Source: Deferribacterales bacterium
GTDB taxonomy: Bacteria > Chrysiogenota > Deferribacteres > Deferribacterales > Geovibrionaceae
Reading direction: 5' to 3'
DNA length: 64,000 bases
Assembly (NCBI GenBank): GCA_050253075.1
Contig: JBFWJS010000004.1
Coordinates: 32,001 to 96,000 of the forward strand
The first letter of the stretch is position 1. Every line of letters starts with the position of its first letter. A program made the translations under genes and the position numbers. A model generated the notes under the pieces. It did no database searches, was not told the DNA's origin, and was given only the letters and a program-made list of their open reading frames with translations. Positions 1 through 13,250 of this stretch are shown piece by piece.

Positions 1-24
1 TTTGATAAAGGGGATCGGAACGGA

Positions 25-387
25 CTAGACCTTACAGCTTCCGTCGCACTCCCCTGCGAAGATGCGCCTGAGTGCGTTTGCCTTGAACAGTTCGATATCT
101 TCGGATATCGTACCGCCCTTTGATGCATAGGCGTCTATCCGGTGCCCACGCAGTCTGTTCACTGCGGCACAGCCTATCTCTTTCACTATGACGGTCTCGA
201 CACCTGTCTCTGATGCTGACAGCACGGCCGATTTCCCGCCGTCGTCCTCACCGCAGCCGTCATTATCCGCAAAGCCGTGTCCGCCTGTCTCTGTATCAAA
301 CCAGAGGAATGTCGGAGCATCGGCAAAGTCTTTATACACAGAGCTTTCCAGCCCTGCGTTATCCCCCGTGGGGAAAAGTATTTTCAT
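25..387 (-). CDS. NifB/NifX family (dinitrogenase FeMo-cofactor domain) protein
   Basis: 120 aa; pattern I.FP...G..S.V...F..AP.F..., G.E.VIV..IG..A...L...I typical of the Nitro_FeMo-Co domain; paralog of the two adjacent ORFs. Confidence 0.8.
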   Translation of the reverse strand: MKILFPTGDNAGLESSVYKDFADAPTFLWFDTETGGHGFADNDGCGEDDGGKSAVLSASETGVETVIVKEIGCAAVNRLRGHRIDAYASKGGTISEDIELFKANALRRIFAGECDGSCKV

Positions 388-390
388 CTG

Positions 391-753
391 TTACTGTCTG
401 TAGGAGCCGTCGCACTTGCCCTTTGTCGCAGCAGGCAGTTTGCCCGATTGATAGAGCTTCAGGTCGAATTCGACCATCCCTGACTGAGCCCAGTATACCT
501 CTATGCCGAGGCTGTTCAGCCTGTTTATGGCGCCGTCGCCCATACCGCTTGCGATGACAACATCCACACCCGCTTCCTTTATGGCTTCGGATGCGTTTCT
601 GCTCCCTGCTGAAAGGGTTGCTTCGTTATTGGCTATCTGTCCGTATTCATCTGTATCTGTGTCGTATGTGACAAAGACGGGGGCAGCAGCGAAATGCTCG
701 AAAAGCACACTGTCGCCCTTCTGATCACTATCCACGGGGAAGCATATCAGCAT
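391..753 (-). CDS. NifB/NifX family protein
   Basis: HFAAAPVF and GVDVVIASGMGDGA motifs. Confidence 0.85.
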   Translation of the reverse strand: MLICFPVDSDQKGDSVLFEHFAAAPVFVTYDTDTDEYGQIANNEATLSAGSRNASEAIKEAGVDVVIASGMGDGAINRLNSLGIEVYWAQSGMVEFDLKLYQSGKLPAATKGKCDGSYRQ

Positions 754-758
754 GACGC

Positions 759-1142
759 TTAACCGCAGTCACACATGCAGGACATGTTTTTCTGTCCGCA
801 CGAGAGATTTACAGTGAGACATATGAGAGAACCGCTTTTGAAAAGCTCGATATTCTCGCCGACATTGCCTATGCCTGCCCTGACAGCCTGAATACCCGCT
901 GCCTGGAGCTTTTTAAGAGGGGCTGGCCCTATCCCATTCAGGATGACCACTTCGACCTTTTCCTCGCCGAAAGCCTTCGCAGGGTTACAGTTGTTAGGAG
1001 TGTGGTTCAGGTCGGTGTTATCGATGTATCTGTGTTCTTTTGTTTCGGTGTCGTAAAGGACAAATCCGGGAGCATCGCCGAAATTACCGTAAATTTCGCT
1101 ATCGAGCCCCTCATTTACCTCCACAGGAAAGCTGATTAACAT
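759..1142 (-). CDS. NifB/NifX family protein
   Basis: NFGDAPGF, HTPNNCNP, VVILNGIG motifs; GAGGTG RBS upstream; Cys-rich tail. Confidence 0.85.
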   Translation of the reverse strand: MLISFPVEVNEGLDSEIYGNFGDAPGFVLYDTETKEHRYIDNTDLNHTPNNCNPAKAFGEEKVEVVILNGIGPAPLKKLQAAGIQAVRAGIGNVGENIELFKSGSLICLTVNLSCGQKNMSCMCDCG

Positions 1143-1173
1143 AAATCACCTCATGTGTTTTACTATGAGTGAT

Positions 1174-1201
1174 ATTATATACCTATTTAGTCTTTTTGCA
1201 A
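1174..1201 (-). promoter_or_regulatory. Putative sigma70 promoter for the NifB/NifX cluster
   Basis: TTGCAA-N16-TATAAT on the minus strand. Confidence 0.45.
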
Positions 1202-1287
1202 GTTACCAGATGTGAAGCTGTAAGCGAATCTAAGAACCCTAAAACATATCCCTCAATGAATATCGTATCTATAAGCACTGTTTTACT

Positions 1288-1424
1288 GTCATTACGAGGA
1301 ACAGAGTAACGAAGTAATCTTTTACATGCATTTGACGAAACACGCCGGAAGACTGCTTCACTTTTGTTCGCAGTGACAATTTAGTGATCAGATTCTCACG
1401 CTCATTCCATTCGCTCAGCATGAC
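1288..1424. repeat. REP-like palindromic repeat (GTCAT...ATGAC family), one full and one half copy
   Basis: gtcattacgag...gaagtaatct / agactgcttc...cgcagtgac (1288-1377) and cagattctc...gctcagcatgac (1389-1424); similar to copies elsewhere in the window. Confidence 0.65.
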
Positions 1425-1434
1425 TATATTGAAT

Positions 1435-1467
1435 AAAAAAAGGCAGTGCCCGAAGACACCGCCTTTT
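1435..1467 (-). terminator. Intrinsic terminator after the kor operon
   Basis: aaaaggcagtg-cccgaaga-caccgcctttt hairpin with A7 tract (U tract on minus strand). Confidence 0.6.
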
Positions 1468-1499
1468 ATATATTTTCAAAGCTGTATATTAATCAGTGA

Positions 1500-2042
1500 T
1501 TACTTAGCAGCTTTTGCAAGTTCGATACCTGCAGCGATCGCGTTTTTGTTAAGCTCTTCTGTACCTTTTGGTACGCGGGATAGAACAGCTTTCTCAAGTG
1601 TCTCAGGAGCAACAAGTCCGCAAATCTCGTTAAGAGCGCCGAGTGTTACAACGTTAGCAACCATAGCCTTGCCCACTTTTTCAGCAGCAGTTCTGATGAT
1701 TGGCATCATGTAAACTTTCCAGTCGCCTTTAGGAGCCTCTTTAACCATAAGGTCATCGAGGATAAGTATTCCGCCCGGTTTAAGGTCTTTGGAATACTTT
1801 TCAGCAGCTTCCTGTGTAAGAGCTACGAGTATGTCCGGAGCCATTACCTTTGGGTAGTATATCTCTTCATCAGAGATGATAACTTCAGCTTTGGAAGCAC
1901 CACCACGAGCCTCTGGTCCGTAGGACTGAGACTGGATGGATTTTTTGCCTTCGAAAACAGCAGCGCCAGCTGCAAGAATGATACCGGCAGTGATCATACC
2001 CTGTCCGCCGGATCCACTAAGTCTGATTGAAGTTTTAGCCAT
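1500..2042 (-). CDS. korC: 2-oxoglutarate:ferredoxin oxidoreductase gamma subunit
   Basis: GSGGQG, QSYGPEARGGAS motifs; within kor operon. Confidence 0.9.
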   Translation of the reverse strand: MAKTSIRLSGSGGQGMITAGIILAAGAAVFEGKKSIQSQSYGPEARGGASKAEVIISDEEIYYPKVMAPDILVALTQEAAEKYSKDLKPGGILILDDLMVKEAPKGDWKVYMMPIIRTAAEKVGKAMVANVVTLGALNEICGLVAPETLEKAVLSRVPKGTEELNKNAIAAGIELAKAAK

Positions 2043-2056
2043 TTCTAAATCCCCCC

Positions 2057-2863
2057 TTAGCTTAAACCGACGTTAGCGTCGTATGCTTCGATAAATTCAG
2101 GCTTCTCTTCTTGGTGAAGAACGCCTATTGGGAACTTGCCTACTTTTTCTTCGTCAGACATTTTATCCCACTGTGCTTTGTTCACAGAGTGCTCTTTCTG
2201 CCATTCGATCATAGCAGCAGGAGCAGCTATTTTGTTCTTACGGCCGTAACCAGTAGGGCAACCGGCGATGATCTCTACAACAGAGAAACCTTTGTGCTCG
2301 AAAGCCTGCTTGATAACTTTTTCCATAGGAACAGCATGGTATGTTGTGCTTCTGGCAACAAATGTAGCGCCGGCACCGATAGCGAGCTGAGCGATGTCGA
2401 ACTGGTTATCGGAGTTACCGTATGGAGCTGTTGTTGCACGGGCAGCTTTAGGAGTAGTAGGTGAGTACTGACCGCCTGTCATACCGTAGATGTAGTTGTT
2501 AAACACAAGACATGTGATGTTGATGTTACGACGGCATGCGTGGATGAAGTGGTTACCACCGATAGCTGTCATGTCACCGTCACCGCCGAGTGCGATAACG
2601 TTAAGTTCTGGCTTAGCCATTTTAACGCCTGTCGCGAAAGCGAGTGAACGTCCGTGTGTTGTGTGCAGTGTGTTTGCATCAATGTAGCCTGGGAGACGAG
2701 ATGCACAGCCGATACCGGATGTGAAAACAAGTTTATCTTTATCCCAGCCCATGTCGTCTACAGCACGGATAACGGATTTCATGATGATACCGTAACCGCA
2801 GCCTGGACACCAAATATGTGGAATTTTACCTTTTCTAAGGTATTTAGCGTAATCGTAAGCCAT
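2057..2863 (-). CDS. korB: 2-oxoglutarate:ferredoxin oxidoreductase beta subunit (TPP-binding)
   Basis: WCPGCG, SGIGC, GGDGD...GGNHFIHA, NN.IYGMTGGQ.SPT. Confidence 0.92.
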   Translation of the reverse strand: MAYDYAKYLRKGKIPHIWCPGCGYGIIMKSVIRAVDDMGWDKDKLVFTSGIGCASRLPGYIDANTLHTTHGRSLAFATGVKMAKPELNVIALGGDGDMTAIGGNHFIHACRRNINITCLVFNNYIYGMTGGQYSPTTPKAARATTAPYGNSDNQFDIAQLAIGAGATFVARSTTYHAVPMEKVIKQAFEHKGFSVVEIIAGCPTGYGRKNKIAAPAAMIEWQKEHSVNKAQWDKMSDEEKVGKFPIGVLHQEEKPEFIEAYDANVGLS

Positions 2864-2865
2864 GA

Positions 2866-4002
2866 TTATTTACCCTCCTTGATCTTGTTAAGGATTGTAA
2901 TAGGTGTGATAGGCTCAGAGTCAATCTGGTTGATACCTTCGATTGATGGAACTGTTCCTTCCATTACACGCTTAACTTCAAGGATCGCCATACCGAGGTT
3001 CATCTCAGGGACGATGATTCTTTTTACTTTGCCTTTGTATTTCTCAAGGTGTCTATCTGGGAAAGGCCAGATTGTAAGTGGTCTGAAAAGACCTACCTTG
3101 ATGCCTTCAGCTCTTGCCATAGCAATAGCTTCTTTAGCAGAACGTGCTGTAGAACCGAATGCGAAGATAAGGATTTCAGCATCCTCTGTCTCCATCTCGT
3201 CTACTTTCACGATTTCGTCGTAGTGATCCATGATCTTGTTTTCCTGACGGATTTCGTCAGCCTGAGCAAGTTTACCGTCGTTTGAAGGGAAACCGTCTTC
3301 AAGGTGGTTAAGACCAGTGATGTGGTATCTGTAGCCAGAACCGAAATCAGCCATAGGAGCTACGCCGTCAGCTTCCGGCTTGTAAGGGAGGTAATCTTCT
3401 GGAGCGCATGTTGGGCGCTTACGATCGACTACTTCAAGATCGCCAGGCTCAGGCATAGTAACAGCCTCTCTCATGTGACCGATGATCTCGTCAGTGAGGA
3501 GGATAACAGGGAGTCTGTATTTTTCAGCTATGTTGAAAGCTCTAACAGTTTCTTCAAGCTGTTCTTGTACTGTAGAAGGTGTGAGAGCAACCGCTGGGTG
3601 GTCACCGTGAGTACCCCATTTAGCCTGCATGATGTCAGACTGTCCAGGACCTGTAGGAAGACCTGTAGAAGGACCGCCTCTCATAACGTTTACTACAACG
3701 CATGGAATCTCTGTGAGATAACCATAACCAAGGTTCTCCATTTTAAGGGACATACCAGGACCTGATGTTGCTGTCATGGATTTTCTTCCCGCGATAGAAC
3801 CACCAAGAGTCGCTGCCATAGCGGCAAGCTCATCTTCCATTTGCACGAAACGTCCGCCAACTTTTGGCAGGCGTGCTGCAAGTATCTCTGCTACTTCAGT
3901 GGAAGGTGTGATTGGGTAGCCACCGTAAAATGTACAGCCAGCGTACAGAGCACCTTCACATACTGCTTCATTCCCCTGAAGGAACTTTACTTCTTTAGCC
4001 AC
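2866..4002 (-). CDS. korA: 2-oxoglutarate:ferredoxin oxidoreductase alpha subunit
   Basis: GYPITPSTE, QMEDE, TATSGPG, RGGPSTGLPT; GTG start with AGGAGG RBS. Confidence 0.92.
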   Translation of the reverse strand: MAKEVKFLQGNEAVCEGALYAGCTFYGGYPITPSTEVAEILAARLPKVGGRFVQMEDELAAMAATLGGSIAGRKSMTATSGPGMSLKMENLGYGYLTEIPCVVVNVMRGGPSTGLPTGPGQSDIMQAKWGTHGDHPAVALTPSTVQEQLEETVRAFNIAEKYRLPVILLTDEIIGHMREAVTMPEPGDLEVVDRKRPTCAPEDYLPYKPEADGVAPMADFGSGYRYHITGLNHLEDGFPSNDGKLAQADEIRQENKIMDHYDEIVKVDEMETEDAEILIFAFGSTARSAKEAIAMARAEGIKVGLFRPLTIWPFPDRHLEKYKGKVKRIIVPEMNLGMAILEVKRVMEGTVPSIEGINQIDSEPITPITILNKIKEGK

Positions 4003-4017
4003 AAATTCCTCCTAATA

Positions 4018-4212
4018 TTATTTTTTATACACTTCGATCGCGAAATCAGGGCACCTGAGTTCGCACTGCATGCAAGCTATACATTTGTCAAGATCTTTGA
4101 CAGCGGCTTTGAAATCTTTCATTTCAAGAGCGTCAACTGGGCAAAGTTCCACACAAATTTCACAGCCTTTGCAGAGGTTTGTGTAAATTTCGATTTTTTC
4201 TGCCTTAGCCAT
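4018..4212 (-). CDS. korD: 2x[4Fe-4S] ferredoxin, delta subunit of Kor
   Basis: Two CxxCxxCxxxCP motifs; first gene of kor operon. Confidence 0.88.
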   Translation of the reverse strand: MAKAEKIEIYTNLCKGCEICVELCPVDALEMKDFKAAVKDLDKCIACMQCELRCPDFAIEVYKK

Positions 4213-4400
4213 TTACCTCTCCTTTTAAATTTGAGATTCTCAAATCGAATTTATCTTAAAGGGGAGCGTCAGACCCTTTTCAGAAAAGACTTTTTTAGTT
4301 TATCTAAACAGTGTTCTGATTTAGACATCCCAAATCAGCCTAGTCTGAAAAGGACCTTTCAGCCCCCCTTTATTTCCATTAACATTTTTTTCGACACAGT

Positions 4401-4429
4401 GTTATAACCCGATAAAACACATATGTCAA
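4401..4429 (-). promoter_or_regulatory. sigma70 promoter for korDABC
   Basis: TTGACA-N17-TATAAC on the minus strand. Confidence 0.65.
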
Positions 4430-4445
4430 ACATGTAAACAAATAT

Positions 4446-5333
4446 TTATTTTTTCTTTTTCTTAAGGACTTCTGCGACCTTCTTTCCGATATCGGCAGGA
4501 GACTCAACAACATGAACTCCGCACTCCTGAAGAGCCTTCATCTTTGCTGCTGCGGTGTCATCCCCGCCGGAAATTATCGCTCCTGCGTGTCCCATTCTCT
4601 TACCCTTCGGTGCTGTCTGACCTGCGATGAAGCTGACAACAGGCTTAGAGAAATTCTGTTTTATCCACTCGCCCGCCTTCACTTCCGCCTGACCGCCGAT
4701 CTCACCGATGAGAACAACACATTCAGTCTGCGCATCGTACTCGAACATCTCAAGTAGATCGATGTATTTGAGACCGATTATAGGGTCGCCTCCGATACCG
4801 ATACATGTCGACTGACCGTATCCTTCAGCACCGACCTGCTTAACCGCCTCATAAGTCAGCGTACCTGATTTGGATATGATGCCGATAGTGCCCGGTTTAT
4901 GTATTTCGCCAGGCATAATGCCCATCTTACACTCGCCCGGTGTGATAACCCCTGGGCAGTTCGGTCCGATAAGCATTGTGCGGGAAGAGCTGGTCTTCAT
5001 CAGTCTCTTCACCATTATCATATCTTTCACAGGGATGCCTTCTGTTATACATACACAAAGGTCAAGGTTCGCATCCACAGACTCTATCACAGCGTCCGCC
5101 GCATATGCGGGTGGAACATATACTATGGAAGCGTTGGCGCCCGTCTTGCGGATGGCCTCTTCCACTGTGTCAAACACCGGAGTACCGTCAACTTCGGTAC
5201 CGCCTTTACCCGGCACAACACCTGCAACGATGTTTGTACCGTATTCTTTCATCTTTTGTGCGTGAAACTTACCCTGAGAGCCGGTGAGTCCCTGCACAAG
5301 AACTTTTGTTCTGTTGTTTACAAGTATGCTCAT
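4446..5333 (-). CDS. sucD: Succinyl-CoA ligase alpha subunit
   Basis: [26 protein letters not shown] (phospho-His). Confidence 0.95.
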   Translation of the reverse strand: MSILVNNRTKVLVQGLTGSQGKFHAQKMKEYGTNIVAGVVPGKGGTEVDGTPVFDTVEEAIRKTGANASIVYVPPAYAADAVIESVDANLDLCVCITEGIPVKDMIMVKRLMKTSSSRTMLIGPNCPGVITPGECKMGIMPGEIHKPGTIGIISKSGTLTYEAVKQVGAEGYGQSTCIGIGGDPIIGLKYIDLLEMFEYDAQTECVVLIGEIGGQAEVKAGEWIKQNFSKPVVSFIAGQTAPKGKRMGHAGAIISGGDDTAAAKMKALQECGVHVVESPADIGKKVAEVLKKKKK

Positions 5334-5343
5334 TAGTGACCCC

Positions 5344-6558
5344 CTACTTAGCCTTTGCTCTGGATGGTTTCTTCGCTGCTTCGGCTTCTTCCGCCAGCTT
5401 CACGGCTTTCTCAGCCGCATCTGCCATTGTGTCGCCGGTAACGATGTTAAGGCCGCCTTTGGCAGCACCGTCATCCAGAATCTTTTTGCCTTCGGCAACG
5501 TTTGTACCGTCCAGTCTGACAACAATATATTTGTCTCCCGGAACCTCTTCAGAGGCTTTCAGTACACCTTGGGCTATAAGGTCACAGCGGACAATCCCGC
5601 CGAATATATTAACAAAGATAACCTTCACTTTAGGGTCTGTGAGGATAATCTTGAATGCTTCTCTTACTTTGTTGACATCGGCACCGCCGCCGACATCGAG
5701 GAAGTTCGCAGGCTGACCGCCGAAAGACTTGATGATGTCCATAGTGGCCATCGCAAGACCTGCGCCGTTTACCATACAGCCGATATTTCCTTCCATACTT
5801 ACATATGAGAGATCGAAGATACTCGCCCTCACTTCCTGAGGCTCGAGCTCGCCGTAGTCTTTCATCTCTTCTATTGCTCTGTGGCGGTAAAGTGCATTAT
5901 CGTCCACAGACATCTTAGCATCGAGACAAACAATATCACCGCTTCCCGTAACAACGAGAGGGTTGATCTCCAGCATCATACCGTCATGATCTACAAAACA
6001 CTGGTAGAGCTTGTTGGCGACATCAGCGAATTTATTGAGGAGTGATGAATCGAGTCCCATCTTCTTGGCAATCTTGCGGCCAAGAAACTGACCCATACCC
6101 GTAACAGGGTTGATGCGCTCTTTTATAACTTTTTCGGGTGTGTCGGCAGCTACCTGCTCTATTTCCACACCGCCCTCGGAGCTGGCAATGATCATATGCT
6201 GCTCTGAGTCTCTATCAACAAGAAAGCTGACGTATATTTCCTGCTTGATATCCGTAGCTTTCTCTACCAATATCCTGCGTACTACTTTGCCCTCTGCTCC
6301 TGTCTGCTTGGTAACGATCTTCATCCCCAGCATATTAGCAGAGGTGTCGTAAAGCTCACTGAAATCATCAATGACTTTTACGCCTCCGGCCTTTCCTCGA
6401 CCGCCCGCGTGCACCTGGGCCTTTATAACCCATCTGTCGCTGTGGAGTTCTTTTGCTACACGGAGAGCATCACTGGCTGTTGATGCCACGCCGCCGTCAG
6501 GTACGGGTACACCGTATGTCCTGAGTAGACCTTTGGCCTGAAATTCATGCAAATTCAT
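5344..6558 (-). CDS. sucC: Succinyl-CoA ligase beta subunit
   Basis: [46 protein letters not shown]. Confidence 0.95.
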   Translation of the reverse strand: MNLHEFQAKGLLRTYGVPVPDGGVASTASDALRVAKELHSDRWVIKAQVHAGGRGKAGGVKVIDDFSELYDTSANMLGMKIVTKQTGAEGKVVRRILVEKATDIKQEIYVSFLVDRDSEQHMIIASSEGGVEIEQVAADTPEKVIKERINPVTGMGQFLGRKIAKKMGLDSSLLNKFADVANKLYQCFVDHDGMMLEINPLVVTGSGDIVCLDAKMSVDDNALYRHRAIEEMKDYGELEPQEVRASIFDLSYVSMEGNIGCMVNGAGLAMATMDIIKSFGGQPANFLDVGGGADVNKVREAFKIILTDPKVKVIFVNIFGGIVRCDLIAQGVLKASEEVPGDKYIVVRLDGTNVAEGKKILDDGAAKGGLNIVTGDTMADAAEKAVKLAEEAEAAKKPSRAKAK

Positions 6559-6690
6559 GGCTCACCTTCCTTTGTTTTCTTGCCGGACTATTAACCTTTA
6601 TATGATCAATAGTCTTATTATACAAGACCTTTTCAGGAAAGCGAGCCATGATTTATTACTAGTTTACCACCTATTAAGTAATGTCAATTA

Positions 6691-7683
<993 letters not shown>

Positions 7684-7738
7684 TCAGTTTATTAAGCGGC
7701 CCGATACCTTCAGGCCGCCCTTTTATTCGTATTCGCTA

Positions 7739-10015
<2,277 letters not shown>

Positions 10016-10069
10016 TTACAGCTTTAAACCACTGTTTGACATTATTATAATGCCATTTCGTTTTCAATG

Positions 10070-10120
10070 CTGTATACAGTATACAGTTATACTTATAGCT
10101 ATATATTTGTCAAGCACTAT
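10070..10120 (-). promoter_or_regulatory. icd promoter with tandem GTATAC operator
   Basis: TTGACA-N16-TATAAC on minus strand, followed by ctgtatacagtatacag (10070-10086). Confidence 0.6.
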
Positions 10121-10475
10121 CAATTGTACGCGTGATAAAACGTCATTTAATTTTTATTTCCTGAGCATCCACAATCTTTTGCAACTTAACATAAATATAT
10201 ATGAATTTTATGTCATATAACTGCCCGAAAGGGGGCTTATTTTCATGACGATTATTACAAGTGATAGTTCATATCCAATTTTAAAATAGCACCGTGTTTT
10301 CATCGGAAAAGATGAACATATGTAAAATATAACCCCATATCAGCTAAAGAATCTCCACAATGCCGTCAGCCGATTTATCATCCTGCCCCTCATTTCTCAT
10401 AGAAGAGCAATTCTTGACCTGTACACTTATATTAATGTAAGATTAAATAAATACACAACGTTGCGGGAGTGCGAA

Positions 10476-11543
10476 ATGCTTGAAAGTAACGAAAAAGCCA
10501 ACCTGCTGATCGTCGAGGACGATCGTTTTATTAGAAAGCTGTATATCGAGATACTCAAAGGTATCGACACCATAGACATACACGAGCTGGATTCTGCAGA
10601 AAACGCCATAAACTATATAAAAGAGAGCAAACCCGACCTGGTGATAATGGACTACAGGCTCCCAGGCATGAACGGACTGGAGGCCACAAAGCAGATAATC
10701 ATGGCTCACCCCGACACTATCGTACTGGTAATAAGCGGTGACGACAGAAGCACTCTGGAGGAAGAGATGCTGGAGGTCGGAGCCATATCCTTCCTCAAAA
10801 AACCCGTCAGGGGCAAGCTGCTCTACTTCACCATTATGAACTTCGTGGAAATAATACTTACGAAAAAACGCCTGAAAATGCAGATAGATCAGCACACCGT
10901 GAGACAAGCCGAGGTAAAGGCGGCATCCTCCTACACCTGCAAACCTATCCAATATACGACATCCAAAGACAAGTCGAACACCTTCGTCGACTCCTTCGAA
11001 AACAATGAGATCAGCCAAGACGCAGGCAATGTGCTCTCCGGCGGACAAAGCTCCGACACAAAGAGCGCAGTGGAGCTCTTCAATACTATAGAAGACTTTG
11101 AATACATAGAGGACTTCCTCGACAGCTATGAAAGGCTGACATACGACATAGACACCCTCAGCACCATAGTGGAGACACACATACTCCATGAGCTGAAAGA
11201 CATCATACACGACAACGCCACAAGGCTGAACATGCTCCTCGAGTTCCCTACTCTGACATACACGCTGTCGAGCATAGCCGACTTCATGGATGTGCAGGAT
11301 ATAGAGAACATGTGCGACATCCCCATGAAGAAGTTCGCAGTTTTCCTTCAGGACTTTTTCGACATGTACAGCCAGTGGGTGAAATCAGTCTTCATAAACA
11401 AAGACGCAGACGACATACACTATATGGACGTAACTCTAATGAGCTACGGTCTGCAGATTGACTCCATATTCTCCGACGTGAACGTGCTGACAGAGGACGA
11501 CGAGTCAGCCATAGACGAAGGCGGAAGCGTAGAGTTCTTTTAA
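10476..11543 (+). CDS. Response regulator (N-terminal REC, acidic helical C-terminal domain)
   Basis: LLIVEDD, DLVIMDYRLPGMNG, ISG, FLKKP; ATG at 10476 preferred over TTG at 10461. Confidence 0.8.
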   Translation: MLESNEKANLLIVEDDRFIRKLYIEILKGIDTIDIHELDSAENAINYIKESKPDLVIMDYRLPGMNGLEATKQIIMAHPDTIVLVISGDDRSTLEEEMLEVGAISFLKKPVRGKLLYFTIMNFVEIILTKKRLKMQIDQHTVRQAEVKAASSYTCKPIQYTTSKDKSNTFVDSFENNEISQDAGNVLSGGQSSDTKSAVELFNTIEDFEYIEDFLDSYERLTYDIDTLSTIVETHILHELKDIIHDNATRLNMLLEFPTLTYTLSSIADFMDVQDIENMCDIPMKKFAVFLQDFFDMYSQWVKSVFINKDADDIHYMDVTLMSYGLQIDSIFSDVNVLTEDDESAIDEGGSVEFF

Positions 11544-11667
11544 CATTAGTTTTTTGTCAGAAGGACGTTAAACATAGGGAACTGCTGGTTATTTTTACCT
11601 AACACGTATTTGCTTTACGTTCAAAACTGGTATATTATTTATGTACTAAGTTAAGGGCTGTTCTTTT

Positions 11668-13218
11668 ATGTTTGGAAAAATTTGTTCATTTTTTATCTTC
11701 ACAATATCTGCATATTTACTTGCGTGTAATGTTTCATATGCTGATTCCAGAGCGCTTAAGAGTGCATCCGTGCACAATGATGAAAAGCGTGTAGCTATAG
11801 TAATAGGCAACTCCGACTATGCATCAGCCCCCCTTAAGAATCCTGCCAATGATGCGAAATCCGTGGCAGACACTCTTAGAAAACTCAATTTCAAAGTTTA
11901 CGACTATTACAATCTGAACCTGAACGACATAAAACGTGTTACGGATACCTTTGCCAAAAGCGAAAACGCAGGGGGCACCGCTCTATTCTATTTCGCAGGT
12001 CACGGCATGCAGTCAGGGGGGAACAACTACCTCGTCCCCGTTAATGCCGATATCAAAGGCGAAGGCGACATAGAATTCGAAGCAATGAACCTGAACCGTG
12101 TACTCTCCAAAATGGAATCCGCCAACAACAGAGTGAATATCGTAATCCTCGACGCATGCAGAAACAACCCATTCACAAGGAGCTACCGCTCCGCATCGGC
12201 AGGGCTGGCAACTGTGGATGCGCCTCTCGGCAGCTTCATCGCCTATGCCACCGCACCGGGTAAGGTCGCCAGCGACGGCAATGACGCAAACGGGCTCTTC
12301 ACCAGCGCATTCATAGACGTGCTGAACAATACAAAAGGGATAACCATCGAACAGCTTTTCAAATATGTCCGTTCGAATGTGAGGATATCCTCCGACGGAG
12401 AACAGATACCCTGGACATCTTCCAGCATGGAGGGGGATTTCTTCTTCTCTCCTTCGGACACTCCCGTAGTATCTCTCCAGACACAGACACCTATCAAAAA
12501 AGAAGTAAAAGCATCATCCGCAGGGATAGACACTTTTACGGAAAAATATACAGGCATGAAGCTGAACAAGATAAAGGCCGGATGCTTCATGATGGGCAGC
12601 CACCAGCAGGAGAAGCACGCCGAAGCCGACGAAACACCTCTGCACAGAGTATGCCTCGGCGAATACTACATAGGCATACACGAAGTCACCCAGCAGGAAT
12701 GGACAAAGGTGATGGGGTATAATCCGTCAATATTTCAGCAGTGCGGAGCAGACTGCCCCGTCGAGAATATCTCATGGGACGACGCCGTATCATTTACCAA
12801 AAAGCTGAGCGAGACCACAGGCAAGAGCTTTCGACTGCCCACAGAGGCAGAGTGGGAATACGCAGCCAAAGAGGGCGGGAAAGTCTCCGTGACACCGACA
12901 GAGCTGGACGCCGTATCATGGCATAAGGGTAACGCCTCAGGCAGAACACACCAAGTCGGTGGAAAGGCTCCGAACGGATTCGGCATCTACGACATGCTGG
13001 GCAATGTTCAGGAGTGGTGCTCGGACAACTACCAATTCGGCTATTACAGCTTTTCCCCTATGAACAGCCCGAAAGGCGCAGATGAAGACACCAGAAAGTC
13101 TTTACGGGGAGGCTCGTGGATAGGCGACGAGACAAAGGTGAGGCTGACAAACCGCAGAGGGATAGGCTCCCACGGCATCGGGCCTTACATCGGATTCCGT
13201 ATAGTTATGACAGACTAA
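11668..13218 (+). CDS. Exported peptidase C14 (caspase-like) fused to FGE/SUMF1 domain
   Basis: Signal-like N-terminus; FYFAGHG and ILDACRNNP dyad motifs; FRLPTEAEWEYAA, DMLGNVQEW, RGGSW, GFR FGE motifs. Confidence 0.9.
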   Translation: MFGKICSFFIFTISAYLLACNVSYADSRALKSASVHNDEKRVAIVIGNSDYASAPLKNPANDAKSVADTLRKLNFKVYDYYNLNLNDIKRVTDTFAKSENAGGTALFYFAGHGMQSGGNNYLVPVNADIKGEGDIEFEAMNLNRVLSKMESANNRVNIVILDACRNNPFTRSYRSASAGLATVDAPLGSFIAYATAPGKVASDGNDANGLFTSAFIDVLNNTKGITIEQLFKYVRSNVRISSDGEQIPWTSSSMEGDFFFSPSDTPVVSLQTQTPIKKEVKASSAGIDTFTEKYTGMKLNKIKAGCFMMGSHQQEKHAEADETPLHRVCLGEYYIGIHEVTQQEWTKVMGYNPSIFQQCGADCPVENISWDDAVSFTKKLSETTGKSFRLPTEAEWEYAAKEGGKVSVTPTELDAVSWHKGNASGRTHQVGGKAPNGFGIYDMLGNVQEWCSDNYQFGYYSFSPMNSPKGADEDTRKSLRGGSWIGDETKVRLTNRRGIGSHGIGPYIGFRIVMTD

Positions 13219-13250
13219 AAAATAATTATAGAGAGAAGGAGGGCTGTATT

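Noticed and set aside
4258..4394. 6S RNA or a known riboswitch
   Set aside because: No family-diagnostic sequence recognised; kept only as an unassigned structured leader
10443..11210. 255-aa antisense ORF
   Set aside because: Almost entirely overlaps the response regulator on the opposite strand and has no recognisable motifs; shadow ORF
11668..13218. DGR target (FGE/CLec fold) or anti-phage caspase system
   Set aside because: No reverse transcriptase or template repeat seen in the window; the protein appears exported, unlike cytoplasmic defence caspases
13116..13250. N-terminal extension of the DUF2846-like ORF in the track
   Set aside because: Overlaps the upstream gene; RBS and lipoprotein signal indicate the TTG start at 13251
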